Shown here piece by piece: positions 13,961-28,025 of a stretch of 64,000 bases of DNA (the first letter of the stretch is position 1; each line of letters opens with the position of its first letter). The translations under genes and the position numbers were made by a program. Under the pieces are notes generated by a model. That model did not search any database, had not been told where the DNA came from, and was given only the letters and a program-made list of their open reading frames with translations. Source of the DNA: Octopus sinensis (lineage: Eukaryota). The stretch is from assembly GCF_006345805.1 (NCBI RefSeq), contig NC_043016.1:29264001-29328000 (forward strand), written 5' to 3'.

Positions 13961-14682
13961 ATAATTGCCAAATCTGCTTCGATGAGAACTGGTACATACT
14001 CTATCAGCCTGCAATATTCATCAATAGGGAAACTGACCTATCTTATTTTTTGTCACCAGAGGTACACCATGTTAATGGTCTTTGAGTCATTTGCAACTGA
14101 TAACCTGAGCCTTGTTGGCCTATACATATATAGTATCTAGGCTATAATTCCTGCTGCCCATAGAGATTACAGCTTACCATAATTCATGTCAGTCACACAT
14201 TGACAACATTAAATCATTTACTTCCCCTTAAATGATAACTGTTCTTGGTGAAATATTACACACCACAGAATCACAACTAACATATGCTAACATGCCAACT
14301 CTATCATGTTAAGTAGCCAATGTGAAGAACTGATGTTGAAATATCACATCCTGCAGAATGCTGACAAAGTGATACCGGTATCCTGTCTACAACATTATGT
14401 GGACCTACCAATTAAATAACTAAATGTTTCTATCATAACAAAAATACTCATATAACATGAACTGAGCAATGAAGTTATTTTAAATTTCTTTTGAAAGTTC
14501 TCCACTCTGTTGCTAAACAACTGATGATGTGAATGTGTCACATGCCTACAAAACTTTAAGCTGGGTTAAACTGTTATCAAGTTACACACGCACACAATGG
14601 TACTATGCATAAGACTATTAGACTGAGTGGACCGCGAATCTGTGTGAGGTGACAAACACACAAAAAGTAATGAGTGTCTTTT

Positions 14683-14720
<38 letters not shown>

Positions 14721-14726
<6 letters not shown>

Positions 14727-15153
14727 GAAAATAGGACAAGGTAGAAAATGCTAAACTAATTTTATAGCGAAGAACATGTTAGTACTGGTTTCAGACTTTG
14801 CGACTTTTTCAACTTAGAGTAAAGCATCAAAAACAAATTGTGGAAAAATTAAATTAAATATTTTTTTTTAATATTTCCATAGTTTTTAAATAATTCTTCA
14901 GATCTGCTACTACCCACCTGCCGAGCATTCACAAAAGTGAAAGAGAGAGACAGACAGAAAAAAAAAGGTAAATGTCCCATGTATTTGAAAACTATAGAAA
15001 TATTTTTAAAAAACATTACATTTAATTTTTCCAATTTATTTATTTTTCATGCTTTATTTTAAGTTGAAAAAGCCGCAAAGACTAAAACCAGTACTAACAT
15101 GTTCTTCATGATAAATTTTAGCATTTTCTACCTTGTTCTATTTTCCTTATACA
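14721..15153. mobile_element. MITE with ~125-bp imperfect TIRs
   Basis: tgtaaagaaaataggacaaggtagaaaatgctaaa...catgttagtactggttt pairs with aaaccagtactaacatg...tttagcattttctaccttgttctattttccttataca. Confidence 0.75.
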
Positions 15154-15366
15154 TATCAACTCGTGTGCTACTTTTCAACCCTCTACACACACACACACAT
15201 ATATATATATCTTTAGTTACTTGTTTCAGTCATTTGACTGTGGCCATGCTGGAGCACCACTTTTAGTTGAGCAAATGGACCCCAGGACTTATTCTTTGTA
15301 AGCCTAGTACTTATTCTATTGGTCTCTTTTGCTGAACTGCTAAGTTACGGGAACACAAACACAGAT

Positions 15367-15399
<33 letters not shown>

Positions 15400-16074
15400 A
15401 ATAAATATATGTATATATATATACATAAATATATACATAAATAAATGTATATATATATACATATATACGACGGGCTCCTTTCAGTTTCCGTCTACTAAAT
15501 CCACTCACAAGGCTTTGGTTGGCCTGAGGCTATGGTAGAAGACACTTGCCCAAGGTGCCATGAAGTGGGACTGAACCCGGAACCATGTGGTTGGTAAGCA
15601 AGCTACCTACCACACAGCCACTCGATATCATAATATAAAAAATGTAAAGCATATAGCTGCATACATTATGCAGAGTGAAAGCATTATCTGGTACGCAATT
15701 CTATATTTCAGTATAAAGGATCAGCAAACTTTTGAACCCCTGTGAATTCTAGAGGATTATAATTTTTTATTTAAACATAATCAAAAAACAAGATTATCTC
15801 ATGATCTTTACAAGATTATTGAAATTGATGGGTGATAGGCGAGAGGAAACTAAATGAATCAAGGGCTACTACTAACCACTACTTCAAACATTGTAAATAG
15901 CCCTGCTGAAAGTTAACAACCACAAGTAGGCTGGTCATCAATTGGGACAGCTTCCCATGGTGTTACTCATGGGTAACTACTGACCAACACTTCAATCACT
16001 GTATATAGCCTAATTGAAAATTAGTGGTCATAGGCAGACCTGCTTCAAGAAAGGCAGTCTCCTAAAGTGTTAAT

Positions 16075-16625
16075 CAGATCTTTACCTTTTGACCTACAGA
16101 TTTAAAAAATAATTTTTTGTAACTAAACACTTTCAAACTGGTAGAATGTGTCATACAAAACATCTTTTCCTCTTAGCATTTTTGAGAAAAACTTATATTT
16201 ACGTAATTATTTCCCGTTAAAGTAGTCCTATTTCGGTAATTTCAACCAATCGATGACGTGTATTCAGCTGAATAAAATTACTGCAGTTGTTTGTCAATAA
16301 GAACTATTGGCAGTGCATTTTTCATTTGTCACTGTTATTTATGACATTGTTCGTGCATTTGTACTGGTTTTAGGGTTAGGGTTTTAGGGTTTTAGGGTTG
16401 TCATAAATAACAGTGACAAACGAAATATACACTTCCGATAGTTGTTGTTGACAAACAATGGCAGTAATTTTATTCAGCTGAATACATGTCATTGATTGGT
16501 TGAAATTACCAAAACAGGACTACTTTAACGGGAAATTACTTCGTAAATATAAGTGTCCGAAGTTTGAAAGTGTTTAGTTACAAAAAATTATTTTTTAAAT
16601 CTGTAGGTCAAAAGTAAAGATCCTG
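16075..16625. mobile_element. Fold-back MITE with long TIRs and central TTAGGG-like repeats
   Basis: Left cagatctttaccttttgacctacagatttaaaaaataa... versus right ...ttattttttaaatctgtaggtcaaaagtaaagatcctg; arms pair inward to ttgtcactgttatttatgaca / tgtcataaataacagtgacaa; loop contains ttttagggttagggttttagggttttagggtt. Confidence 0.85.
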
Positions 16626-17346
16626 TTTATTTCTCTAGGCCCTTATTTCTAGCAGTAGACCTGTATGTCAGACCCACTGCTATTCATGCCTTCTAAAACA
16701 CAAAACTGTGGTATTATGAAATGGAAGATGCTGTAGGATGCAGCAAATTGAGGTATTAGGTTTATCTTCAGATCAGAGATATGATTTGAATGTTTATAAC
16801 AAGATGAACTCTGTTAAAGGTACTTCTTATGTGTTGGTTGGTGGTGTTAACTATCATCAAATAGATGAAGTCCCTTGAATTAGGGCAAGCTTCTAGTAAT
16901 TCTTTCTAATTTTGGCACAAAGTCAGCAATGTTAAAGGGAAGGGGAAGTTAACTACATAAACTCCAGTACTTTAACTGGTACTTATTTGATCAACCCCAA
17001 AAGGATGAAATTCAAACACAAAACATAAATGCTGCTAAGCATTTTATCCAGCAATAAGCTATCTTTAAACCTTAAGCATCCAGATTACCCTTTCAAATGT
17101 AATGCTTATTTATTCAAATTGTTTTAAATTAATTATACATTATCTCATAGCTTTGCGATTTTGATTATGTGATTGTTATTTCTAGAAAAACATACGTGTG
17201 TTAGAGAAGTGGAAACTGGCTGATTTCAATATAGAACAGGAAGAATATTTGAACAGCGTATGATCGGTTTGAATGCTAAAACGCCAACAAAAGACTATAT
17301 GAATAATAAGCATGACAACATTAATTTCTCATCACAAAATACTTAC

Positions 17347-19792
17347 CAGTGTCAACGCTGGTTGTTGAAATAAGAGAGGTAGGTCTGTTCTTCTCTCTGT
17401 GGCCATCTTGAAGATCTGCAGCTAATTGGTCACTGGTATGGAGATGATCCATGTCAAGACTATTTTCCATTGAAGAACATTTATATCGACCGAAGTCAGA
17501 TATTCTACTGTCAACCATGATACCAGAATCAGTCATTATTGGTGGGGTTCTATCAGAGGTTATGTCACTGAACTGCGAATCCAAAGAAGATTTCATGTCC
17601 AGAGTTATATGACCACCATGAAGGCTGTTAACACCATGTTCCACAGCCTTTTCTACGTTTATTAAAAGTTTATTTTTCTTATCCTTATTATTGGTTATAA
17701 TAATTTCATCTTCCTCACTGCTACCTTTCTCACTTTCTGTACCCCTTTCAACAATATTACTTGCAAGCTCTTCCTCAAGTTGTTTGATGAGTAACGCTTC
17801 AGACTCTGCCATTTTATTCTCAGTTAGAGCCAATTTAGAGTTTATAGGAGATCCGCTTTCTAACTTTGATGTCAATTGCTTTTCATCTGTACTTGTTGCT
17901 AACGAACTAGACTCTGATGTTTTTTCAGAATCTATACGGAAACTGATCTCATCATCTGTATTTTCCAGTTCCCAGATGACTCCTGCCGGGTCAAGTTCTC
18001 TCTCTGCCTGGTAGAGTGATGATGTCAAGGAATTTGGTTTGTTTGATGCTGTCCTGACATTGCCACTGTTTTCAGCATCAAATGTAAAATTGAAGTAAGT
18101 TCTACGGTCAGATTCCAGGTATTCCTTAACACAAGCACTGATTCCCATATCGGCTTGGGTCGAGCCATTGTCCTTTTCCTCATTTATAGAACGCTCTTCA
18201 GGGAGACATGAGCTGTGATCAGAGGATTTTGAAGAATGTTGGGGTGGTGGTGGTGGTGAAGCATACAGCTGCTGCTGGGGAAGGTGTGGTGGTAGGGGAT
18301 ACTGTTGTTGATGGTGTGGTGGTTGGGAGTATTGCTGCTGATGGGGTGGAGGTGTTGATATGTACTGCTGTTGCTGATGCAGTGACAGTGGTGGGTATTG
18401 TTGCTGCTGGGGTGGAGATGCGTATGGCTGCTGTTGTGGAGCTGGTGGGTACTGGTGTTGGTGTGGTGGCAGCGGATATTGCTGGGATTGTTGCGGTGGT
18501 GGTGGATATTGCTGCTGAGGGAGATACTGCTGTGGTTGAGGTGGTGGGTACTGCTGTTGATGAGGTGGGTACTGTTGTTGCTGAGGTGGGTAGTGGTGGC
18601 CAGGGTACTGGTGACCTGGCTGCTGTGTCTCGTGTAGGTACAATTGTTGAGGAGGCAGCGATGACGTGTCGTACTGTTGCTGAGGTGAAAAGTGCAGGCT
18701 TTGATGATGAGAGTGAGGTGAGCTGAACTGCTGGTGCTGCTGCTGCTGTGGCTGTTGGTACTGCTGCTGCTGGTATTGATGCGGAATTGAATTCCGCTGA
18801 TATTGCTGAGGTTTGAACTGCTGTCCAGAGTATTGCTGCTGAGGCTGGTATTGCAACCTTGAGTAAGATTGCTGTTGGTCTGAATAAGATGAAGCTGTGC
18901 TGTTCTGTAGCTGTTGAGTGGACCCAGTTGTCCTGGATGAGTGCAATGGTATAGAATGGCCAGATGTATATGGAGATGAAGATTCACATTCCTTCGACAC
19001 AGCCTTCAGCTGTTGAGACTGAGGAGGTGATTTAGATTGGTTCTGAATGTGTTGTGATTGAACATATGAATTTGGTGAACCATGGGACTTCAAGAACTGC
19101 TGCCAAGGTGTATGATGGTCAGAGTTGTCGTGACCTTTGTTAGCAAGCGATGGATGAGTTTCCAAATGGTTAACTTGATTTTCCAGAGAATGTGTTTCTG
19201 ATAGATTTTGGTCTTGAATTTGAGGTTTTGTTTTCCTCCAAAAATTCACATTTCCTCCCTCACTCCGATGCTTTACTGGATAATCTTCTTCGTGATTTTC
19301 TATATTTGTCACAGACTGGTCCTTCTGTAGTTCATTGTTTCTCTCATCATATACGCTTGATTCTTTGACCTTTGCCCAAGTTGTGAGAGGCTTACTCGGA
19401 ATCACACGCTCAACTTTATCAATTGGAGCAAAAATACCGTGGAACTTTTTACAGGTAAAATACCTGACGTCTTCAATTTTACCATTATGGGATCCTTCAG
19501 GTAACTCTAGTTCAATACCACACCACAAGCCATCTGATACATGTAGTTTACCAAAATACAAAAGCGTGCCTTGCTTTTGACCACTGATGCATACTCGATC
19601 TCCGATATTGAACTGCTTTGAGGTATTTGGCTTTTCATCAACAGCAGTGTTTGTTTTGTATGAAATGGTTTCCTGATTTTCAATAGTAAGACAGGTTTTT
19701 GGTTGTGCTGTTTTAGAATATACCTTAGGAGCCGGAATAAAGGACTGTCTTAGTTTCCGTGAGGCATCCAGTTTATCAGGTAATTGGAAAGC
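17347..19792 (-). CDS. Large internal coding exon (2446 bp) of a CAP-Gly domain protein (CLIP-170/restin-like candidate)
   Basis: 825-aa ORF 17321..19798. CAP-Gly at 19612->19406 (FNIGDRVCISGQKQGTLLYFGKLHVSDGLWCGIELELPEGSHNGKIEDVRYFTCKKFHGIFAPIDKVER). Acceptor ttactcatttcttttctttgcag|GCT TTC (phase 0) at 19793/19792; donor GAC ACT G|gtaagt (phase 1) at 17347/17346. The track's TTG start and final residues after ...DTG are intronic read-through. Confidence 0.92.
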
Positions 19793-20388
19793 CTGCAAAG
19801 AAAAGAAATGAGTAACAAATCATTAATTAATAATATATAAAAATTTTTTTAAATTAAAAAATAAAATATTCTGTTAGATGAATGGCACAGTGAATTGATG
19901 AATGAAAATATTAATAGAATGCTACACTGAGTTACAATGGCTGCAGGTTAGAAAGGCTATATAGTAGTGTTGTGAAAACATGATATATTAAATACGAAGT
20001 AGTGATCACACATGCACACACTCATATACTTATATATACACACACACACACACATATATATATATGCACACATACAGATATATCCACACATACACATATA
20101 TATGCACACACATATGTACATATATATATATATATATATGCATACATACACATGCATGTATATATACACATGCATATACACATATACACACACACATATA
20201 CATGTATACAAACACACACTAATATATATATATATATATATATATATAAGTTCAGCAAAAATTTAGATTCAAATGAATATGGTACTTAATTTAGATGCAC
20301 CAGAATTTTGCATGGTGTTATCCATATAAATCCTTGGGGTGATTATAATCAAAATAAGCAACAAGAGTCATTCTTGTTGCTTATTTTG

Positions 20389-20425
<37 letters not shown>

Positions 20426-20480
20426 ACATAACTATATACATATATAAACATACATAAACACAAATATATATGCATATATT

Positions 20481-20517
<37 letters not shown>

Positions 20518-20864
20518 CATACGTTATTCACATGCATATATACAGAACACATATATACATACACATACATGCACAAGCATATGTGCATGCATGCACACAC
20601 ATACATACATACATTATTATTTTTAGCTCGATACAAAGCTTGACCATGTGAGTGTGTATGATATTCAGTTCTGGCATGACATCTAATGTGGCTTTTTAAA
20701 CCAGAGTTGGTCTTCAAGTCACAGGGCCTGCCTGGTATTTCATAAGGGTGGGTGTGTAAATGATTAAATCAACCCCAGTACTTGAGACATACTTTAAAAA
20801 GCTATCCACATAAATTGAATGCTAATTTCGACACAATTTGAACAGCCCTGTATTATCTGACCTT

Positions 20865-21050
20865 AAAGGATCTTAAAATATTTCTTGAGGTGATTTTGAG
20901 ATTTGCAAATCCTGTGGCATATGTGACATTTTCCATAATCAGTAGGAAGTACCTTATTGCCTGCTTCTATGTGAGATTCAAGTCTTGTGTCAGACAGGTA
21001 GATTTTTGCCACAAAATGTACAAGTAGAAAAAGTTCCATCAAGCTCATAT
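20865..21050 (-). mobile_element. LINE C-terminal zinc-finger remnant (RTE-like)
   Basis: CHICHRICKSQNHLKK resembles CxxCxRxCxSxxGLxxH; a similar remnant, SGLKSHIRCH, lies at ~20665-20715. Confidence 0.4.
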
Positions 21051-21467
21051 TCCCTTAGGGGCTGGTTTTCTCTTGTTTTTGTTTTATTTTTTATTCATTT
21101 CCCTTTTGATATTTACCTGTATTAGGCCATTTTGCTCAGTTTTCATACCATCCCACCTTCCCACACACATTTACATTTATAAATATGCATGCATGTCCCT
21201 TCCGCCCCCCACCTCATCACTTGACAACTGACGTTGGTGTGTTTACAGCCCCCATAACTTAGCGGTTCGGCAATAAGAAACCAATAGAATAAATACTAGG
21301 CTTACAAAGAATAAGTCCTGGAGTCGATTTGTTTGACTAAAAGCGGTGCTCCAACATGGTCGCAGTGAATGACTGAAACATGTGAAAAACCAAAAGAATA
21401 AGCATACATACACACTCACTCGCATATATACATACACATATACAAAAGCTTATGTACACATGCATAT

Positions 21468-21501
<34 letters not shown>

Positions 21502-23519
21502 TTACATTTATAAATATACCTGTATATATTACACACATATAGATAAGCATATGTGTACACATACACACACAATAGCTGCAGGCATGGCTGTGTGGTTAAT
21601 AAGTTCACTCAATGATCACATGACCTTGAATTCAGTCCCACAGTGTGGCATCTTGAGCAGGGGCAGATACAAGTGGGTTGGTGTTTGGTGGGGTGGAGTC
21701 TGAGAGGAACGTGCCACCCTCAGGAAAAGTGTGCCCTTCTAAATAATATCACACATCCTTTTCTCTAAGAACTGCATTCTTTTCTGATTTTGTGCTCTCT
21801 CTTCAAAATATTCCTGGGACCAAGCCTGTTGAGCAAGTCATCTTCTATAGCTTTAGGCCGACCAAAGGCATGTGAGTACATTTGGTAGATAGAAATTGTG
21901 TGGAAGCGTATTATTTCTGTGGGTATGGGGTGTAGTTACATCTATGTTTGGAAGCCTTTGAATTCGTATTCCAGTATGGGCTGCAATCTAATGACTGGAA
22001 AAGACTACAAGACGCACTCACACGCAAATATAAAATACACCCATTTAGATACATATATGTGTATGGGAGTGTGAGTACACGCACACACAAATATACTCAC
22101 ACAAATATACGCATGCGAAGGTGTATTTTTAAATTTAAATTCGTTTCAAGACCAATTTTAAAATTTTTGTTTTAATAACCAGTAAGAAATTTTTTAAAAA
22201 TTGATTTAATGAATGTAATCCCATTGCAGGAATAATCTTAAAATTTAAGAGGAAACAAAAGTAACTCAAATCATATTCGAACTCCGATCTAGATGACAAA
22301 CTTTAAAACAATAGTGTTGTGTGTAGGTGTGTACTATATGTGTATAACCGTGTCATTCTTGAGTTACTGTTCTTAGTAATTTCTTGTATAGATTTCCTCC
22401 CCTACGAAAGAGGAGAAAAAATAAATAAATAAAATAAACTACAGAACCAAGGGAGCTAACAAATTTCTGAGGTGTATTTGTCATTCATAGATTCCTTCTG
22501 AATGAACGAACTTTTAAAGAATACCTTTATACTAATACCTGCATTCAAAAAAAAAAAAAATTTTTTTAAGGGTAGTGAAGTGGAGTAAGCATAAAGATAT
22601 GGCCTAAACAAAGTTTTAGTAAACTCTATAGACTAGATAATTTTATCATAGATAATGTACAATATTGCCATGTAATATTTACTATTTATAACTTACACAT
22701 TATTCAGCTAAAAGATATGTATTTATATCAGATATATTTTTAAATATGCAAGTCATACTGGAAATAATTATTTTTTAATTGAAAAAATATATATATAAAT
22801 TTCCCAAAGAAGAACAAAAAAATTAACGTCAAGTATCTTTCATTTATTTTTTAATATTCTTTTTCTACTATCAAACTGGCCCCTAGTATTGCCTGCGTGG
22901 AAAGAAATTTGCTTCCCAACCACTGCATGGCACCTTGAGCAAGAATGTTCTTCTATAGCCTCAGGCCAATCAAAGTCTTGTGAGTGGATTTGGCAGATGG
23001 AAACTGAAAGAAGCCTGTTGTGTGTCTGCTTGTTTACGTCCTTCATAAGCCAGCAGTTCTGCAAAGGAGACTGATAGAATAAGCACCAGGCTTTAAAAAA
23101 AGTACTGGGGTCAATGTGTTCAATTAAAATCTTTTCGGAGTGGTGCCCCAGCATGACAACCACACAATAACTAAAACAAGATGAATATATATATATCATC
23201 TAAAATGTACAGCATTATCCACAGATAATAATTAACAGATACACGCATGCATTTCTTTCTGATTTATGAACTCTAAGATGACTTACCTATATATATATAT
23301 ATATATATATATGCGCGGGCATGGCTGTGTGGTTAGGGAGCTTGCTTCCTAGCTACATGGTTTCGGGCTCAGTCCCACTGCGTGACACTTTGGGTAGGTG
23401 TCTTTCACTATAGCCCCGAGCTGACCGGAGCTTTGTGATTGAATTCGGTAGGTGGAAGTTACTGCCGTGTGTGTATATGTGCGTATAGGTGCTTGTGCCT
23501 CTCCGAAAGAGAGAGAGGG

Positions 23520-23690
23520 ATATATATATATATATATATATATATCTATATCTATATATATCTATCTATATCTATCTATATCTATATATATCTATATATA
23601 TCTATCTATATCTATATATATCTATATCTATATATATCTATATCTATATCTATATATATCTATATATATATATATATATACATACACACA
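23520..23690. repeat. Compound (TA)n/(TATATC)n microsatellite
   Basis: Direct inspection. One of many (TA)n, (CA)n, (GA)n, (AAT)n and (ATG)n tracts, e.g. (AAT)n at 10623-10686 and (CA)n at 31003-31071. Confidence 0.95.
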
Positions 23691-26600
23691 CACACGTGTG
23701 TGTGTATGTAGGAAGGTAGATAAAACAGTTTTGCTTGAAATATATTTACATGGAGCACACACAACTCAAGTTCAACTGTGTTTATCTACTTACTATCTCC
23801 ATAGCCACTTTTGATTGATTGATTGATGATCTGATGCATGTGTGGAGTGAAGCATGTATGGAGTGATGTCTGTATATATGTATGTGACTCCTTATCTTGA
23901 CCTTGCATGATAGTTGTAAAACCATTGTCATACAAGTAACATCATTTATTTCCACTATTCTGCAAGAACATGTCTAACAATGAGAAAATATTACCTTGCC
24001 TAGAAACAGGTGAGGCAACAGGAAGGGCATCCAGCCCAAAAAAATTCTCCTTCAATAAACTCCGTCCAACCCATGCAAGCATAAACTACTGGACGTTAAA
24101 ATGACAATGATGCTGATCCCGCAAAGTTAAGAAGTTTTTATGCTAACCTAAAATGTTAATTAAGTTCATAAAATATACAGGGAAATTATTAAAACTAACA
24201 ATATATACAAAGACCTGTCAAGCCAAGTGAAATCATAGTCATGGTTGATGCCAGTGTCACGTAACAAACACCCATACCAGTGGCACATAAAGAGCACCTT
24301 TTGAACATTGGGTCTCACAGAGGTGATGACTAGTGACTGAGACCTTTGGTGATATGCCATGCTTGAGAAGACACATCACACCAAGTGAAATCATAGTTGA
24401 GGCTGATGATAGTGTCATGTAATTGGCACCCATGCCGGTGGTACATGGAAAGCGCCTATTATACTCTTGGAGTGGTTGGTGTTAGGAAGTGAATCTAGTC
24501 ATAGAAACCATACCAAATCAGATTGGAACCTGGTGCAGCTCTCCAGCTTACTAGTTTCGTTAAACCATCTAACCCATACCAGAAGATTAAATGCTTCATA
24601 GCAGCAGTTTGTTCATCCACATTCTGAGTTCAAATCCCTCTAGCCTCACCTATGTTAGCTTTTATCTATTTAGACCCAGAAAAATATGTACCAAACATAT
24701 ATTAAGAATGTGATTACAACTGCCAGTAAATCCAATAGCCTACAGATTTATGAGAAATCAATATTTCCGAGAAATATTGATTTCTTTTCATTATGTCCCT
24801 GGCCAATTTTTCATAAATTGGATCTATTCCAATTTATTTTTGGCACACTTTTTTTATATTTTCTCACCAATGAATAAAGAAAATAGAACCACAAGAATCC
24901 AACCTTTCACTGACTCCTCAATTACCGATACCTGCATGACCTTACTGCTGCCTCATACACAGATGTCATTACAGTCACATCATCCCAACATAAATCAAAC
25001 ACAGCAGCACAAATATTCCATCCAATTTCTCAGAAATCTGACTCCAAATTGATTAAAAATAGCACTGAAGGTTACCCAATTTGCTAGAAATAGTGGGTTG
25101 CTTTGTTTTTTTTTTTTCTTAAATAAGCAGTTCCCAAACTCATTTTGAAACAGAACTTTTATGATTTGTCAAAAATTGTGGACCCTATACTAATAATTTA
25201 CAGACAACTCCATCCCCATCACACTACTTCCCTTTGATGTAAAATTCAGTCAAAATAGTATTATAGTATCAGTCTTCTTGAAATAGAACCTACTAGGATG
25301 ACCAAAAGAATGGTAAAAATGTACAAGCTTTCAGTACTTAAACACAATGATGCACAAATGTTACACTATCATTTAATTTCATTATCTGTTTTGTAATTTT
25401 ATTAAGTCTTACGGCGATGGATGTATGGCATGAAAAGTCATACTTGTGCACATGCAGGGATTAAAGTAAACTGGAATAATCCAGCTGAATGAAACAGCTA
25501 CAATCTGACAAGATGAGCAATCATCATTAGGAATGATATGAATCAATGGATTATGTCATACCTACCTGGCCCTTTACAAGAAATTTTATCCAGTTCTCTA
25601 CTGATTCCTCCGTCTATAATTCTTAGACTAACAATAATTTCTTACTGAGGTACAAAATGGCAGAGTTTGAGAGAAATGTGTCATTAACTGAATGGCACCT
25701 ATTCTTGATTGATTATTATTGTTTCAAAGTCCACTTATCCATGTGAGCATCAATAAGGGGACACAAAGCCATGTTCCTCTCTATTCTGGCCCCACTCAGT
25801 TGACATGGATCTTGGTCTTTCAAGCTATATGGCACACTAGTGCCAGTGCCACATAAAAAGCACCAAGTACACACTGTAAAGCAGTTGGCATCAGAATAAA
25901 AAGGGGGGATCCAGCCATAGAAGCCATGCCAAAGTAGACACTAGAGAACAATGCTGTCTCTGGGTCGGTGTGATCCTAGCAAACAATCCAAGCCATACCA
26001 GCATGCAATATGGATGTTAAACGATGATGACGACAATGCATAGGCCAGACAGAATTTGCTGAGGTAGGTTTTCCAATTTCCCCAGACTGATGCCCTTCCA
26101 ATTACCAAAGCTCACCTATTTACAAGCAAGGTAATATTTCCCTATAGTTGTGCTGTTAAACTCAAGGTATTTTGGTTATTAGTCTCAAGATTTTAACATG
26201 TCAACCTTCAACTGATTTCTGGTAAGCTCAAACCAAGTTATTTGTACTATTAGCAAACAAAAGATGTAAGCTGTTCTATCTTATTACAAGACAGTGTAAT
26301 AATAAGCATTCTTTTATAATTTAAATGAAGCATAATATATGAAATCGTAACGAACAACTGACTAGCTGCCTGCTGAAACTACCAACAGATATATTAAGTT
26401 AACAGGTACACAGGAATAATATGTATGCTTGAGCAGACACACACACAAACAGTCATAAATATATAGGCACATTTACACACATGAACAAACACACACGCAC
26501 AACATGTTCCTAAACATACAAACATAGGTACAAACACACACACAGACATTCCTAGACAGACAGACATATGTATATGCACAAATACACAAATATTCATAAA

Positions 26601-26934
26601 CATGAATATTTGTGCATGTACAAACTCAAACACATACAAAAAACATACATAAATAAAAACATGTATACACATATAAACGTGCACACACACATTCCTAGAC
26701 ATAGGGATACGCATGCAAACACACATACACAGACATATCAAGACACACAGGTACATGTGCATGTACACATACATACACACACAGAACATATAGAAGTATC
26801 CAGGCGCAAGGAAGTGAATGTGCACACACATACACACAATTCATATGTGAACACACGTACATACCCATATAGGCATATGAGCACAAATGCAAGCATTTGT
26901 ACACATGCATACACATACATTTTAAACATTTGAA

Positions 26935-27345
26935 GAGTGGGGTTACATGGTAGCTCTACATATACACTGAATGTAGAATATGTGTAAAGGTTGGATAGAA
27001 ATGAGGCCAGCATGCTTTGCCGGGTGTGTAATGTTTGTGTGAATGAAGGAGAATGAAAGAAAAACTGGGTATAAGAGGAATGAGATGTAGTGTGTAAGAG
27101 AGAAGTCTAAAGTGGTAGAGACATGTGATGTGTGTATGTGGGGGGGGTGACAGTTGGGTAAAGAAGTACTAAGTGATCCATGTGAAAGGAAGATGTGGGA
27201 GAAAAAAAAATGAAGTCTGATTTCATGGTGTGGAATCTCACCAAAGAGTTTACGAAGGATCACAACAAGTGGCATGGTGCTGTGGGAGAGGAGACTTGTG
27301 CAACCCATACAAGCATGGAAAAACAGATGTAAAAATGGCAATAAT
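26935..27345 (+). mobile_element. RTE-clade LINE 3' end
   Basis: RNEASMLCRVCNV, KLGIRGMRCSV, LKW.RHVMC remnants, then the tail caacccatacaagcatggaaaaacagatgtaaaa(atg)n. Confidence 0.75.
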
Positions 27346-28025
27346 GATGATTGATGATAACAATGATGTTGATGACTACAATGATAATAATAATGGCAAT
27401 GATGATAATAATGATGATGATGATGATGAAAGGATCAGAGTTTAACAAGAGGTGAATGGAAGTGAGAACCTTTTCTACTCAGCAGCAGCAGCAATATCAA
27501 AACAACCCCACTCCTGCCTCTAAGCAAACACTGGCAGCACTGATGTGTATAGAGCTGCTTCCCAGTGATGGCCATGCTTGGCTGAATGAAGCCAGATCAT
27601 CTGAAAGCTATACACGTGTGCTGTGAGTGTGCGTCTGTGTAACATAACAGTTGCCATCACTTAACCTTTCACAACTGTATTATCCTGTATTTGCACAGCA
27701 CTTTGTAACAACCATCAGTCGAGCATGAAAGCACAAACAGATATGGTTCTGTGCATAGGAAAAAAAAAATGTTAGTTGTGCATTTCTGTATAAGTCCAAT
27801 CCACCTGAATTTTGTGCATGTATTATACATCCATGTCAGTTATATATATATATATATTATATATATATATATATCCTTGCACACACATGCATAAATGTAT
27901 GTGTGCATATACGTACATATACGCTCACACATGAACATACAATTTACATACATATATATACCAACATCTTTCGTTTTTGGATTTGGTTTGCAAGATTCTT
28001 TATATGAGTTCATGCGTTGAAGCAT

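Noticed and set aside
17691-18987. ORFs 17691..18014(+), 18208..18726(+), 18398..18637(+), 18184..18987(-) and 19335..19580(+)
   Set aside because: Antisense or alternate-frame shadows of the real CAP-Gly exon, produced by its low-complexity codon repeats.
19957-20289. Cluster of VCVYIY / HTHIYI ORFs (also ~11800-12400, 23440-23810, 26390-26930, 38190-38700)
   Set aside because: Translations of (TA)n/(CA)n/(TG)n microsatellites, which lack stops in some frames.
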